NCBI RefSeq assembly: GCF_006345805.1
Contig: NW_021831733.1
Span: 1-34,038 of the forward strand
Direction: 5' to 3'
DNA: 34,038 nucleotides
DNA from: Octopus sinensis
Taxonomy: Eukaryota
The notes below the pieces were generated by a model. The model made no database searches, was not told where the DNA came from, and saw only the letters and a program-made list of their open reading frames with translations. Of the stretch, positions 22,271 to 34,038 are shown piece after piece (the stretch's first letter is position 1; each line of letters begins with the position of its first letter). Made by a program: the position numbers and the translations under genes.

Positions 22271-24148
22271 AGGTATTTCTCTGGCCTCAATATTTATACT
22301 GCAAAAAACAGGGGAATTCCCTTCACATCGTTGCAGCTTATTAGCCTACAGCGTTCATTTCAACAGCTACGTAGTTACAAGAGTCAGGCCGACTTAACCT
22401 TTTTCCGGTCATAGACACCATCATCAATATTGTTCGATCCGTGAACCAACGGTTTATGCGATTTCCTGTATGAAATGGATAAATGAGGGGGAGGTTTATA
22501 TTTAGATAATGATTTAATCAATTTTAACATTTTACATGTATTCCTCCTTGATAACGACTAATCAAAATGTAACTTTGACATTTCGAATTTAACCGAAGAT
22601 ATTTCAATTCCAATAAAAAAGGTTTGATAAAAACTCTTATCTCAAGTCTTATCTTTTAAAAACATTTTATTTCGTTTATTAAATTTTTAATTAGAATGTT
22701 TTAATCAAACTAAGTTTACATTTGTAGAACTATGTTGTGATGTGGTGGATAAATAATCTAATCTAATTCATTTGATTTCTTATCCCTGTGTTCTGAGTTC
22801 AATTCCTGTCGATGTGAATGTTCAAAGCTGACATTCTTCTCGCATTCCTCATCTTCCAAACCCAACTTTGATAAAAGAACGAACGTAAGAAATTAATAAC
22901 AAAAATATTCGTCTGTTTATTTTACTTGTGTCGATGACGTATAAGTTCTCAAATTGGGTGCTACCGCCCCCCCCCCGGTGGGCATTGAGACGGTCCAGGT
23001 GGGTGCAGGTGCCTAAGGGGTCGATGGGGGCGGTAGAGATAAAGGGGGCGTTGGGAGGAAGGCAGTGGATTAGGGGATTTTTAATATTTATAGTATTGTA
23101 TAAAAATCAGAAGAATTTCAACCGTGTTTCGTGGTCTGTTACCACAACAGCTCCTTTATAGGATCCAGTTAGCTGAAGACATCATCAGGAGAAATAACGT
23201 CCGGTTTCGGCCCCTACTCCTTAACCGTTTTGACGTGGCGCCCCCCACTTTCGGGGGTGTCTTCATCTATGGTGTTGGGTGCATGTCTTCTTTCTTCTTC
23301 TTTCTTCTGTTCCTTGGCCTCTTTACAAATCATAATATTATATTAAATATCAAATGATTCATAGTATATATAAATTAATAAAATATGAAATATTTATTTA
23401 TACATAAAAATAGGGGTGGGAGCGTTGAGGATATTATGTGGCCCAAAAATTGTTACACAACGTCGGCTTGGAACTCCTGGGTGTGAGCTAGACGTGCAAG
23501 AATTAATAGATAAATCTCCCGAACATCACATCCTACAGTTTTAAAGAAGAATTTCGTAGATAATATAGCCTGAAATTTCTAATTACAGAAAAATTCTTGA
23601 TTTGGCAATGACAAGAATGACATTGAGATAATAAGTTTTCTGGAACAGGGGTAACTTAGAATTTAACAACAACGGTTTCGTATTTAGTTCCGTTATGTGA
23701 CATCTCGAGCAACTAAATTCACCACATTTTCCGTTGACCTGATTTCGTTCAAGGGAATGTGTAGATGTCAATCGCAGAGAAAGATTTTATTCTTGTGAGT
23801 GAGATTTAATCTATCAGCCATTTTAGCATCGCCGACTGGCCCTTCAGAGTTCAGTACAAGCATTCAGTATAGGACTCTATTCTAAGGATAACCTACCCCC
23901 TTTCTCCTACTAGTGTTAAGGGCTATGTAAAGTGTTATCGGTTCTATTTTTGTAATCCGTTTGGCAAAGTCATACAAAAAACATAACAGCTGATTTTTAA
24001 GATAAAGGGACGCCCATGAAAAGCTGCTGATCATTGTACCTAATATGGTTGAAATATAAGTAATATAAATATTAGAAAAAAAATTTTCAAGCAGAAATAT
24101 TGTATTTCTAAATCTCTTAGATTTATACAGTAGCAGCACAATAAAGTG

Positions 24149-24572
24149 ATGTTATGTTGCCAACTTATTGTGGCAGTCCCAGGAGAGGGAAGAATGCTAC
24201 TATTTAGCCCTAGAAAACACCGTTTCCTGTTGGCCATGACACATTCTCTGTGTCCTTATGTTTTGAAAGGGGGAGATAAGCACCTCCACACAGGAAAGCC
24301 AGTATCAAGAAACTAGTTTCAGAGTCATTACGCATCATCAGTCTGGAGTGGCACGGCTTGCTAGCTGTCGATGCTTATTCGCCTTTGAAAGCATATATAT
24401 TTCAAGTGAAATACATTCACTCTGGATGCTGGCTTTACTGGGTGGCGGTGCTTATTTCATAAGGACACAGAAAATGCGTCATGGCCAACTGGAAACGGTG
24501 CTTCCTAGGGCTAAATAGCAGTACCATTCTTTCCTTTCATGGGATTGCCACATTAATTTGGCAACATAACAT
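24149..24572. mobile_element. Fold-back (inverted-repeat) element with a central degenerate hammerhead
   Basis: Left arm 24149-24310 and right arm 24421-24572 are imperfect reverse complements, with an ~11-nt indel near 24261-24271. Outer ends ATGTTATGTTGCC / GGCAACATAACAT. Confidence 0.8.
24305..24347 (-). ncRNA. Degenerate minimal type I hammerhead ribozyme
   Basis: TCCAGA-CTGATGA-TGCGTAATGACTCT-GAAA-CTAG-TT^TCTTGA. Stem I 5/6 paired, palindromic GAAACTAGTTTC across stem III, stem II only 3/5 paired. Confidence 0.55.
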
Positions 24573-24992
24573 TACCAATTTGTAAAGCATTTGCTCCCTA
24601 TCCAGTGTACGTTGTGTTCTTCATCTTCATAATAAGGGTTTATAACCCGATATACGTTCTTCAGCTATCTCGATGGCTTTCTTCGCCAAATGATGGAGTA
24701 AGTAAATGCAGTTAGGATTTAGTTTTTAATTTTAACCGTTATTTGATATTCTACGTGGGAAGTAGAATATCAAATAACCAAGTAGAAAGTGTTGGATTCC
24801 TCTCTCGCAGCCGAAACTGGGATTTATTGAAAATAAAGCAGATTGCTAACTATGGAAAGGGTTGATTGGTTTGATATGGAGAGTTACATAGCTTTCGAAA
24901 GGACACACCAGCCCTTTCGACAACTATGAGACGAACTCGGCATCTGAGACGAACCAGCCCATTATATAGGGTTGAAAGTACATACCATGATT

Positions 24993-25249
24993 GTGGAGGG
25001 GCGTAGCGTAGTGGTTAGAGGGTGTTGGACTCATGATCATAAGGATTGTGGTTTCGATTCCGGGACCGGGTGACGTGTTGTGTTCTTAAGTAAAATACTT
25101 CATTTCATGTTGCTCCAGGCCACTCAACTAGCAAAAGTGAGTTACCCTGCAACGGACCAGCGTTCCATCCACGTGGGGGAATACATATACGCCATGCAAA
25201 CCGAGAAACCGGCCCTTATCGGTTGGCATGACTTGAGGAGGTAACTTTT
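24993..25249 (+). mobile_element. tRNA-derived SINE, family B-related
   Basis: GTGGAGGGGCGTAGCGTAGTGGTTAG (A box) and GGTTTCGATTCC (B box). Perfect 12-bp TSD TACATACCATGA (24979-24990, 25250-25261). Confidence 0.85.
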
Positions 25250-25461
25250 TACATACCATGAATCTGTAAATTGTGATCAACTTATGAATTCGTCGAGGTC
25301 TCGTGCAACCAAAAGAAGTGTTTCGTTTCTTCTATTTATGCACCAAATAAACCATGGTTCGCCATCGTATCCACCTGACATTTGAGATGACCTTTACGTT
25401 GTCACTCAACCTACTACAAATAACAGGCATATATTCATCATTTTAGGTGTTACAGTCCTAG

Positions 25462-25864
25462 GGCGGCGAGCTGGCAGAATCGTTAGCACGCCGGGCGAAA
25501 TGCTTAGCAGTATTTCATCTGCCGCTACGTTCTGAGCTCAAATTCCGCCGAGGTCGACTTTGCCTTTCATCCTTTCGGGATCGATTAAATAAGTACCAGT
25601 TACGCACTGGAGTCGATATAATCGACTTAATCCGTTTGTTTGTCCTCTCTGTGTTTAGCCCCTTATGGGTAGTAAAGAAATTGGTATTTCGTCTGTCTTT
25701 ACGTTCTGAGTTCAAATTCTGCCGAATCGACTTTGCCTTTCATCCTTTCGGGGTCGATTAAATAAGTACCAGTTACGCACTGGGGACGATATAATCGACT
25801 TAATCCGTTTGTTTGTCCTTGTTTTTCCTCTCTTTGTTTAGCTCCTTTGTGGGTAGTAAAGAAA
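25462..25864 (+). mobile_element. SINE family A dimer (full plus headless unit)
   Basis: The second unit restarts at GGTATTTCGTCTG (~25683). Imperfect TSD TAGGTGTTACAGTCCT (25444-59) / TATGTGTTACAGCCT (25865-79). Confidence 0.88.
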
Positions 25865-26379
25865 TATGTGTTACAGCCTTTCATAAAGTAAACCTCCTTT
25901 GGATAACCGAGTCCTAAATACACCACACGTTAAAAGAGGAAAGTCATGATAGGAGCGCCTTCCAACCACATTTGTTCAATCAAAGCTGCCTTAGATCTAC
26001 AACAAGTCCTTCTCCGGTCCTTAAAACTAACGGGTGGAAGAGACATTTTATAGGTTATTATGCCTATTTCGAAGCCGACATCTTTCATTTTCCCTTTTGC
26101 CTCAATGATTGACAAGTTCTTGACATGTGACTTAAGAAATAAAGAAATAAGCCTTATCTCTTTAAATCTGATCAGCCAAAGATGTGAAGATTAAGGTTCA
26201 ACTTCCAAATGGAACCATTTATTCCAAGATATACATTATTTATAGATTTTTCTCTTTCATTGGTCTTCAACGGCATGAATAATTGAAACTGAGATTTAAA
26301 CATCTCAAAATTGAACGCATATAATCGCATAGAGCCACAGATACACACACACACACGTACTAACATGCACACATATGTG

Positions 26380-26405
26380 TGTGTGTATGTATGTATGTAT
26401 GTATG

Positions 26406-26467
<62 letters not shown>

Positions 26468-26476
26468 GCTATCTAG

Positions 26477-26534
<58 letters not shown>

Positions 26535-26794
26535 CACTCACTATGTATTCATACAAACACACACATGAATATGGAGCCAGGAACAAAATCATACACACAC
26601 ACACACACACACACATACACACATAATTAAATAATAGGAAGAGCAACACAGTAAAAACAAAGAATGAGGAATATCTTGTTACTATGTGTACGCGTGTGTG
26701 GAGACAACTTCGCGCATATATATACATATACATAGATACATACATATATGTATGTGTGTGTATATGTATATAAACGTATATATATATATATATA

Positions 26795-26827
<33 letters not shown>

Positions 26828-27020
26828 AATATATAAATATATATATATATGTGTGTATACATATATGTATATATATATATATGTATATATATATATGCAT
26901 GTGTGTATATAAACGCGTGTGTCTGGATGTGTGTGTAATGACATACGTATGCAAAGACAATCAAACAGACACAGACACACACACACACATACACACACAC
27001 ATATACATACACACACCCAC
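26380..27020. repeat. (TATG)n/(ATCT)n/(CA)n/(TA)n microsatellite cluster
   Basis: Direct inspection. Confidence 0.9.
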
Positions 27021-27959
27021 TCCTATAGATACGTGTGAATGACAAATTCCAATATAATCTCGAATCATACTTTTTTTTATCCTCCAAACTCGAAGAATTT
27101 ACATAAATTTTTTTTCGTAATATGTTAATTAACGGATTATTGGATAGCATCTTTAACATAAAAAAAAAATTAATCGGATTAGAGTCGACGCAGCTTAGCT
27201 GCCCTGGTCTTACAAAAAGGCGTTTTATTTGATCAGATCGACTTGACTTTCATTGAAGCTAGGACTAGATTTTTACACATCTATCGCCAATAGTACTCTT
27301 GAGATTTTGGGACTTAATTCCGAGTACTTTAGCAATTCAGTTCCAGCCGTTTTGATTAATGGCGTGTTGTCAAACTGGGTCTTTTCAAAAATATTCTTTC
27401 GATCAGCTCTTAAAAGCTGTTTATCTTTCGCCATGTTGTACGTTCTTTCACTCAGCTCTGTTTATCAGAAATTAAATACTCGGAGAGCGCGATTTCTCAT
27501 GCGTCACCTCCTGCACGCTCACCGCCCCCGCCATCCTACAGCTACAGCGCCGCATAACCAACCACATCGTCACGTCATTCCCCCATCCCTACATCTCTCT
27601 ACCTCCATCTTCTCTTACATAGAAGCATTAGTTTTTATTTAGACATACTTCCGCTCTATATAGTATCGCTAGGTCGTCTTGTGTTTGGATTCGGAACAGT
27701 TCAATGGGAGGTTTTTATCGGCGTCCATTTAGATTGCTTCAGTATCGGTAGTAAATAGATAGCCAGACAATAAATCAGTGACGATATTACTCTGTGGTGT
27801 TAAGAGAAGAAAATAAAGCTGTTATTATGTATTGCTTATACAAAGACACTGTTGGCAATATCACAGAAAATAGCTGAAAAGGAGGAGAAAAACCAACAAC
27901 AAAACAAATAACATCTAACAATAAAAAATACAACTACAAAAGCAACCACAACCCTACTT

Positions 27960-28455
27960 ATCTCCTCTCTCTCTCTCTCTGTTTCCTTCTCTCTGACTTT
28001 CATTATCTCTCTCTCTCTGTTTCCCTCTCTCTGACTTTCTCTCTCTCTCTCTCTCTCTGTTTCTTTCTCTCTGACTTTCACTCCCTCTGTTTCCTTCTCT
28101 CTGGCTTTCACTATCTCTCTATTTCTATATTACTCTATATCTGTGTCTGACTGTCTGTCTGTCTGTCTGTCTGTCTGTCTTTCTTTCTATCTCTCTTTCA
28201 CGCTCACTCTCTCTCCAACCCTCACTCTCTCTCCGTCCTTCACTCGCTCTCTCACACACACTTTCTCTTTCTCTGTCACACACACACTTTCTCTCTCTCT
28301 CTCTCTCTCTATCTCTCACACACACACTCTCTCCCACTCTCACTCCCTATTTCTATACTTCTCTGTATCTGTGTCTGTCTATCTTACTGTCTCTTTCTCT
28401 CTCTCTCTCTTACGCTCACTCTCTCCCTCCCTCCCTCTCCCTCCCTCATTCTCCA

Positions 28456-28491
<36 letters not shown>

Positions 28492-28531
28492 TCTCTCTCT
28501 CTCTCTCTCTCTATCTCTCACACACACACAC

Positions 28532-28573
<42 letters not shown>

Positions 28574-28600
28574 CTCTCTCTCTCTCTCTCTCACTACAAA
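27960..28600. repeat. CT/CA low-complexity region with a short CTGTTTCCTTCTCTCTGACTTTCA minisatellite
   Basis: About four copies of the motif at 27979-28110, followed by (CT)n/(CA)n tracts. Confidence 0.8.
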
Positions 28601-28929
28601 TTTATATCGGTCTGTCTTTCCCAGCTTCTCTTCCGACCATCCCACCTTTCCTTCATCCCTCTCTCCGTAGCTTCCTTTCTTCCCCTTTCACTCTCTCCCT
28701 ATCTTTCCCTCAACCTCTCTCTCTCTCTCCTCCCTCTCTCTACTAGTGGTTACCTATCTTTGTCTTTATTTCGTTTTTATATATCACTCTGATTCCACAC
28801 ATATTCGCATACAAACAACAATACATATACACAAGCATAGACGTACACATACATACATATACACACGTATTAACTTATATGTTATGTTAATATCAAACCT
28901 GATAATAATAATAATCCTTTCTACTAAAC

Positions 28930-29133
28930 GCACAGGGTCTGAAATTTTTTTTTGGGGGGGCGGAGTAGTCAATTACATCGACCCTAGTACACAACTGGTA
29001 CATAATTTATCGACCCCTGAATGGATGAAAAGCAAAGTCAACCTCGGCGGAATTTGAACTCAGAATATAGAGACGGACGAAATACTGCTAAGCATTTCTC
29101 CTGGCATGCTAACAACTCTGCCAGCTTACCGCC
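28930..29133 (-). mobile_element. SINE family A (tail type 2), diverged
   Basis: AACCTCGGCGGAATTTGAACTCAG...CTCTGCCAGCTTACCGCC. Confidence 0.8.
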
Positions 29134-29199
29134 TTAAAGCTGATAGTAATAATAACAGCGACGGTGACGACAACAACAACAACAACAGAAACAACAGCA

Positions 29200-29610
<411 letters not shown>

Positions 29611-29684
29611 TAATAATAAAAATAATATAATAATAATAATAATAATAAAAATAAAAATAAAAATAATAATAATAGTAATTAAAA

Positions 29685-29725
<41 letters not shown>

Positions 29726-29786
29726 TAATAATAGTAATAATATTATTATTATTACTATAATCATAATAATAATAATAATAATAATA

Positions 29787-29820
<34 letters not shown>

Positions 29821-29821
<1 letters not shown>

Positions 29822-30374
29822 GCCCTGATGTAGTACCAGGCAGTGGCTCTCATGGTTCTGATCTTAACTGATTGGAAGTGTTATCATGTACATTGTTTTG
29901 TCTTGGTATAAAAGATGGGCTACAGCAAATATTCTGCTCAATACCACAGATTTGCTTGTCAGTTGTTTGACCATAACCAGTTGAGCATGTCCCTTAGTGG
30001 CTGACGATATGTGCATCTCTGATCACGAGCAGAAGTAGTGGGGGAGCATCATAGACATGTGTTGAGAGGGATTCTTTGGGGTTTGGATGATTCACCTCTG
30101 GAAACATGGGTGGTTCTTTCAACATCCTTAAACAACCCTTATGCAGGGACCTTTTGAGCGGGATGGGCTACTCAACCTGAAGAAAATTCTAACTGGGCCC
30201 CACCTGCAAGGTCATGTGCTGTTTATCCTGATATGAGATCACCATGTCGCGCACATATGGTTGTGATGCATGTGCCTGGTGTACCCTTATCAGACAGGTA
30301 GTCATGATGGGTATATTGGGCTTCGTATATTTTACCCCAGTGTCACTTTGATGGCATGAACTGCTCTCTCACTC
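29821..30374. mobile_element. 554-bp non-coding element bounded by (TAA)n on both sides
   Basis: Starts TGCCCTGATG after the TAA array and ends CTGCTCTCTCACTC before TAA. Homologous to 8181-8585 and to the 16-bp stub at 7765-7780. Confidence 0.85.
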
Positions 30375-30780
30375 AATAATAATAATAATAATAATATAAT
30401 AATAAGATGATGATGATGATGATAATGATGATGATGATGAAGAAGAAGAAGAAGAAGAAGAAGAAGAAGAAGAAGAAGAAGAAGAAGAAGAAGAAGAAGA
30501 AGAAATATTTATATGGAAGTGATCATATATCATATATTTAATAAATTCCCTAGATAGATTCATTGTGAAAATAGAAACCGTGAATAAAGCTGCGGAGTTT
30601 TTTTGCAGCCTTGTATTACTTGAGAAGCGACTAGTTTTGTGTTGTATTAAAGAGTGTTCCGTATCACTTGGATCCTCTTACAAGCTCCAACGTTTAAGAG
30701 GAAAAGATCTGCTAACTAGTAATTTAAAGAGAATTATGACAAGCATAGCAATATTTACATAATCAGTCAAGGCGGTAAAC

Positions 30781-31370
30781 CTAGTCTTTCATGACTAGAG
30801 TAACAATAGACAGCCATTGCAACAAAATATGTATATGTATAGATATAGATGTGATATATGGATAGATACATGCGTACAAATACACGCACACTTGTATGAA
30901 GCTATGCAGACGATATACAAATAACTGCACATGTGTATAGATAGATAGAGAGCGATAGACAGATAGATAGATAAATAGACAGATAGATAGATAGAGAGAG
31001 ATAAATAGGTAGATAGATAAATAGATAGCCAAATAGACAGACAGATAGATAGATAAATAGATAATAGATAGATATAAAATACACACACACACACTTGTAT
31101 GAAGATATGCAGACGACATACACATAACTGTACATGTATATAGATAGATAGGGAGCGATAGACAGGGATAGATAGATGGATAAATAGATATATAGAGAGA
31201 TAGATAGATAAATAGATAGGTAAATGGATATATATAAATTACACACACACACACACACATTGAGTCTCTTAAAATATCTGTGGTTAAAAGATGTATGTAT
31301 GTATGCGTGCATGTATGTTTGCGCGTGTGTTTGTGTATATATGTATGTATATAAATAGTTGTAGTTCAAA
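30781..31370. repeat. (AGAT)n/(CA)n/(TA)n cluster with an internal local duplication
   Basis: The CACTTGTATGAAG-TATGCAGACG...ATAACTG-ACATG motif occurs at ~30890 and ~31093, each followed by AGAT repeats. Confidence 0.8.
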
Positions 31371-31679
31371 ATATGGATACATAGAATGTTGTGGCCATCA
31401 CAGAAACCTGCGCTAGTGGGTCTGCCTTATCAGACCACATAGTAATCCAATACGGACGAATAAAATGCAGAGTTTGATACTGCTAAAATCAAGAATACGC
31501 AATCAATGAAGTTTATTTCAGGAGGAATGTATAAATAATGAAATGTCCGAATTTGGTGGTATATTCTTGGATCCAGAATTCTTATAAATTATTCTTCTTG
31601 TGCTTCTTGTAGCTGATCCTTTTCGCCTTATATTAAAAAAAAAAAGAAAAAGAAAAAGGAAATATTTTTTGAGTTTTTC

Positions 31680-32100
31680 AATTACAAAAATTCTAGATGT
31701 TCGCTACATGGGACATTTCTAAGAAATGAATTCCTAATTTTCTGTTTGTTTACTCTCATATTGGTTAATTTTGTTCCTGTTTCTCCGATGTAATTCTCAT
31801 TGCAATATGGGCATGTGTTGCAATAGCTGAGACATTTTGCTTTGCAATTAATGTTTGTATCAGTCCATGTTTGCATTGCCCTTCAATTCCTTCCTTGAAT
31901 CGTTCGTTTATTCCTTGTTCAATTATTTCACCTTTCACACAACGAGAACTGCCACAGTTTCGTACATGTCTTATTTCTGTCACCGATGTGAAAAATCTAG
32001 CCTTGTTACAAGTCATTTGACATTTGGTGGTTGTCTTCAGCTGTTAATGCTTTGCGATTCTTTTATTATTTGTCGGAAATTCGATGACTGATGTAGAATT
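31680..32100 (-). pseudogene. Penelope-like element remnant: Cys-rich linker plus GIY-YIG endonuclease
   Basis: Minus strand gives TCNKARFF...VRNCGSSRCVKGEIIEQG (Cys-linker-like). After a frameshift it gives INCKAKCLSYCNTCPYCNENYIGETGTKLTNMRVNKQKIR...PCSEHL, matching the PLE GIY-YIG pattern (C-x-x-C-x3-YIGET...H). Cys spacing and stops indicate decay. Confidence 0.7.
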
Positions 32101-32227
32101 GGAGGGCATCGTTTGGCCGAATGTAGCACGTTGTAGTTTCTGGAATTCCGGGTGATTACAAATAGAATATTTATGTTAGATTAATATTATATTAAATTAA
32201 TATTTTATCAAATTAATATCTTTTGTT

Positions 32228-32370
32228 TTTTTACTTCTTTCAGTCATTAGACTGCCGTCATGCTGGAGCACCGCTTTGAAGAGTGTTTTGTTGAATGACT
32301 CGACCCATGTACTTATTTTTCTGAAAGCCCGGTACTTATTCTATCGGTCCCTTTTGATGAATCGCTTTAT
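32228..32370 (-). mobile_element. SINE family C tail fragment
   Basis: TTTCAGTCATTAGACTGCCGTCATGCTGGAGCACCGC...GTACTTATTCTATCGGTC, homologous to 9260-9380. Confidence 0.7.
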
Positions 32371-32427
32371 TCAACCCGGAGGGATGAAAGGTAAATTTAT
32401 CTATGACAATATTTGAAATCAAAATAC

Positions 32428-32826
32428 GCCGGCGAGTTGGCAGAAATGTTAACACGCCGGTCGAAATTCTTAGCGGTACTTCGTCTGTCTTTACGTTCTG
32501 GGTTCAAATTCCGCCGAGGTCGACTTTGCCTTTCATCCTTTCGGGATCGATAAATTAAGTACCAGTTACGCAGTGGGGTCGATATAATCGACTTAATCCG
32601 TTTGTCTGTCATTGTTTGTCCCCTCCGTGTTTAGCCCCTTGTGGGTAGTAAAGAAATATGTATTTCGTCTGTCATTACGTTCTGAGTTCAAACTCCACCG
32701 AGGTCGACTTTGCCTTTCATCCTTTCGGGGTCGATAGATTAAGTACCAGTTGCGTAAAGTGGTCGATCTAATCGGCTGTAATCTACCTCCCGAAAGATTT
32801 CGGGCCTTGTGCCTAGAGTAGAAAAG
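32428..32826 (+). mobile_element. SINE family A dimer (type 1 unit plus headless type 2 unit)
   Basis: The second unit restarts at GTATTTCGTCTG (~32660). TSD AATATTTRAAATCA (32408-32421, 32827-32840). Confidence 0.88.
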
Positions 32827-33229
32827 AATATTTAAAATCAGAATTCGCTGATCCGGTGTACTTACCGCAAAGCATTTTATCTGACGCTCTACTGATTCTG
32901 CGAATCCACTGTTTAAGCAAGCAATAGCTAAACCACATATGCAGGGAGGTGCAGCGTTGTCGCTAAATCTGTTAGAGATAGTAACACAATCTTCCGGATA
33001 TCAAGCCAAATGCTTTAAATACGGAAAGATAAAAGCATATCTAATGTCATGTAGCCATTGCAAACTAGCCAACGGAAGAGAGCAGATTGTTTTAACAGCG
33101 GATGACTCCGGAAAATGGACATCAAAGGGAACGGCTTTATCAGCAACCAGGTGTCAGAAGAAGAGGAGATCAACGTTCAGTGTCCATTGCCATCTGCAAG
33201 CACCGACTGTGTTAGCAGGGACATATCGC

Positions 33230-33320
33230 TAGAATCCCGACTCGTTAGAATCGTTAGACACCCGACGAACAAACTCACCAACCAAGTTCTTCGTGGTCAA
33301 CGCCGCAGGGGTTATCTGAA
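33230..33320 (+). pseudogene. Possible RTE-like LINE C-terminal remnant
   Basis: RLVRIVRHPTNKLTNQVLRGQRRRG loosely resembles the RTE C-terminal GH..R...L..Q.L.G.RRRGRP pattern. Short and degenerate. Confidence 0.25.
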
Positions 33321-33614
33321 GATGAACTGGTGCCGGGAGACCGATAAAAGACCTTCAGCTGCTAAAAAAAGTACGATGGAACGATAACATTGTGTTGCAT
33401 TGATAGCTATTGATTGATCTTCGGGGAATACTATAGACTGCCGGATGCGTCACGTGACACCAGAGGTTACGTCTTGAGTGAGAGATGAAAGTGTGAAAGT
33501 TTAGAAAGAACTTAATTGCATGTCTTTGGCATCGACATCTTTCTGCTCCTAAACAAGAGCGAAATTACAAAAATCAGTTACTCTGCCAGTTAGAAATAAA
33601 TGGTAATTTTTGCC

Positions 33615-34038
<424 letters not shown>

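Noticed and set aside
23882-24139. Minus-strand ORF with faint resemblance to a PLE RT motif (FLLENFF...ILGTM)
   Set aside because: Too degenerate to call by eye, with no YxDD-like motif nearby. It needs a profile search.
29995-30045. CTGACGA...GAAG in the TAA-associated element as a hammerhead
   Set aside because: The core is not GAAA and is not conserved in the 8181 copy (TTGATGA).
29821-30374. Same 554-bp length as the hammerhead monomer
   Set aside because: No sequence similarity to the 10098-10650 unit; treated as coincidence.
33445-33460. GTCACGTGAC palindromic E-box/CLEAR-like site as a promoter
   Set aside because: A single 10-bp motif with no gene or other promoter evidence in the window.

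Overview
This is AT-rich, microsatellite-dense eukaryotic non-coding DNA. The SINE families and (TA)n/(TAA)n/(ATCT)n load resemble an octopus (coleoid cephalopod) genome; this is inferred from recalled repeat families, not a search. No host protein-coding gene can be supported, and almost all listed ORFs are microsatellite translations. The window is a stack of mobile elements: three tRNA-derived SINE families, two TAA-targeting R4/Dong-clade non-LTR retrotransposon fragments, a fixed-end 554-bp TAA-associated element, mariner/Tigger/piggyBac-type DNA transposon relics, an APE-LINE relic and a Penelope-like GIY-YIG relic. The main result is a set of type I hammerhead ribozyme (HHR) motifs in three unrelated non-coding element families. 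(1) A young 1.63-kb inverted-plus-tandem concatemer of a ~554-bp unit carries one HHR per unit and looks like a retrozyme or non-autonomous Penelope-like element (9539-11173). (2) A tRNA-headed SINE has a minimal HHR in its 3' part (17186-17820). (3) A fold-back element has a second arm that begins exactly at the predicted HHR cleavage site (24149-24572). Together they suggest a Penelope-dependent, ribozyme-processed mobilome. One SINE family also appears to nest into itself at a fixed internal GGTATTTC site. All folds and alignments were done by eye; none was computed.
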